Notes under the pieces: generated by a model
What the model was told of the DNA's origin: nothing
What the model saw: the letters and a program-made list of their open reading frames with translations, nothing else
The model's database searches: none
Made by a program: the position numbers and the translations under genes
NCBI RefSeq assembly: GCF_964188315.1
Contig: NC_135665.1
Coordinates: 27,962,001 to 28,026,000, forward strand
From: Podarcis muralis
Taxonomy: Eukaryota
Direction of reading: 5' to 3'
DNA length: 64,000 nucleotides
Shown: positions 61,965 through 64,000 of the stretch, piece by piece
Layout of the letters: each line of letters begins with the position of its first letter
Numbering within the stretch: the stretch's first letter is position 1

Positions 61965-62214
61965 CAGTGTGGTGTAGTGGTTAAGAGCGGTAGACTCCTA
62001 ATCTGGGGAACCGGGTTCGCGTCTCCGCTCCTCCACATGCAGCTGCTGGGTGACCTTGGGCCAGTCACACTTCTTTGAAGTCTCTCAGCCCCACTCACCT
62101 CACAGAGTGTTTGTTGTGGGGAAGGAAGGGAAAGGAGAATGTTAGCCACTTTGAGACTCCTGAAGGGGAGTGAAAGGCGGGATATCAAATCCAAACTCTT
62201 CTTCTTCTTCTTCT
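61965..62214 (+). mobile_element. Squam3-like SINE, full length, with (CTT)n tail
   Basis: Near-identical to 33143-33371. Confidence 0.9.
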
Positions 62215-62216
62215 AT

Positions 62217-62577
62217 GGTAAAGGTAAAGGTACCCCTGCCCGTACGGGCCAGTCTTGACAGACTCTAGGGTTGTGCGCCCATCTCACTCTATAGGCCGGG
62301 GGACAGCGCTGTCCGGAGACACTTCCGGGTCACGTGGCCAGCGTGACACCGCTGCTCTGGCGAGCCAGAGCCGCACACGGAAACGCCGTTTACCTTCCCG
62401 CTAGAAAGCGGTCCCTATTTATCTACTTGCACTCGGAGGTGCTTTCGAACTGCTAGGTTGGCAGGCGCTGGGACCGAGCAGCGGGAGCACACTCCGCCAC
62501 GGGGATTCGAACCGCCGACCTTTCAATCGGCAAGCCCTAGGCGCTGAGGCTTTTACCCACAGCGCCACCCGCGTCCC
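62217..62577 (-). mobile_element. Sauria SINE (young type A)
   Basis: Reverse complement of the 27689 type. Confidence 0.95.
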
Positions 62578-64000
62578 TTGACTTTGTCTAGTCCTCATTT
62601 AAAGCCATCCAAGGTAGTAGACATCACTATATCTTGTGGTGACAAATTCCAAGCGTGTTGTGTGAAGAAGAATTTATTTTTGTCTGTCCTGAATCTCTCA
62701 ACAGTTCTGGCCATTTGTGGTGTCTCATTGAAATATGTTTCTGAGTGAGGCTGGCCAGTGTAAGACTGCATATGCCAGAATAGACTCCACCACTTGCCTT
62801 AGAACATTGTTCCTCAACCTAATAGGTCTCCCTGGCTGGCAGTCCCCCCCCCCCTATAGTAAACTTACATTTACTTTACAATTTCTCATCAGTTAGTTTC
62901 ATGTTCAGGATCTTAAGCTGTTTCATCCTGTTCCAATATTTACTTTTCAGATTTTTCAGGGGATTGTTTGAAGCCAACAAAAAGACTCATCAATGCTATG
63001 TAAAGGGAAAAAAATTAAGCAATGTCATTATTATTTGTTTTTAAATTACAATATTTGGATTTGTTCTTTTAACTTCTCCAACTGTCCTTTGCATTCTTTG
63101 TATAATTCTAAATAGCAAAATTGGTTCTGCCTCCCGGATTATCAGGGTGAATTTAAGAAGGCATATTTGACCAGGTAAAAAGATATAGGAAAAGTACTTT
63201 ACAGTGCGCACAATATTCTCGATGCTGCTTGATGTTGGAAATTACTTGCATAAAACATGGACACGTTCCATCCATACCCAAATGGGTGCAGCTGCACGAG
63301 GAATAAGGAGGTGGCCTTCTCAGGCAGCAGCTGTGTATGGAAGGGGAGGTGGGAAATTGTCCAGCTCTTCTTTGCAATGGCAATTGGCCGGCTGCGGGCT
63401 AGCTCTGTTTAGCACATGTGGGGTAGATGGGGAACATCAGCTAGTTGATGGAGCTGTGTTCAGGGCCTTCATTATCCCTTGAACAGCAAGATTCAACTGC
63501 TAGTCCAGTCGGCTTCTGTATGTGGAATGAGAAGGAGGCACCTTCTTCACAGCAAGCAGCAAAAAATCTTGGGCAGCCCGGTAGTTAACACATTGCTAAT
63601 ATGCTGCCAAGAGATAATTATATTGCTAGGAGTGTCTTCAGTGAAAGCCTTTTGTTGAATTCAGCTACCTGATGGGCAGATGGAGAGGGATTTCGGTGGT
63701 ACAATTAAAGCCAATAGCAGACTGCAACAGGATCATGGCTAAGCTCAATCTAAAGAAGCCACAATTCATTTTCAGGATATTTAATGGGTTACTTTGCATT
63801 TAATTTTAATACTCAATTTGAATAATGTATCATGGTCTGAGAGAGTAATAACAATCGGCCTATTGATCTTCTTTATCTGGATGGAATAAAAATGCTGCAG
63901 CTCTTTGATTATGAGAATTGCAATTAGGAGTGGGTTTGTGTGTGTGTTCCTACTGGGACTTCAGACACTGAGAATTATATTGCTTTTATGTTAAGCAAAT

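Larger units (their letters stand above)
61730..62700 (-). mobile_element. CR1 3' remnant interrupted by two SINEs
   Basis: ATAAGAAGAGCCCTGCT...TTCTCACAATGGCCAACC on the left and TTTAAAGCCATCCAAG...CATCACTA on the right. Confidence 0.7.

Overview
Vertebrate genomic DNA, almost certainly a squamate and most likely a lacertid lizard (inferred from Sauria SINEs, Bov-B, a Squam3/CORE-type SINE and typical lizard MITEs). The window is mostly intronic or intergenic and rich in repeats. I could not identify a host gene, an intact tRNA/rRNA gene or a CRISPR array. The most notable structure is a 1248-bp non-autonomous hAT (Charlie-like) element at 13539-14786. It has perfect 15-bp TIRs and carries a captured, still open, GC3-rich fragment of a vertebrate terminal coding exon (about 277 codons, parent gene not recognised), making it a Pack-TIR-like element. 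Instead of an 8-bp TSD it is flanked by a 76-bp direct duplication plus a templated filler. Two other standouts: (i) an 825-bp solo LTR at 56679-57503 whose U3 region holds an intact 219-codon ORF with in-frame repeats and an Arg-rich C-terminus; (ii) a Penelope-type fold-back insertion at 37855-38071 with minimal hammerhead-ribozyme motifs on both strands. Repeat family names come from recalled consensus sequences, not from database searches.
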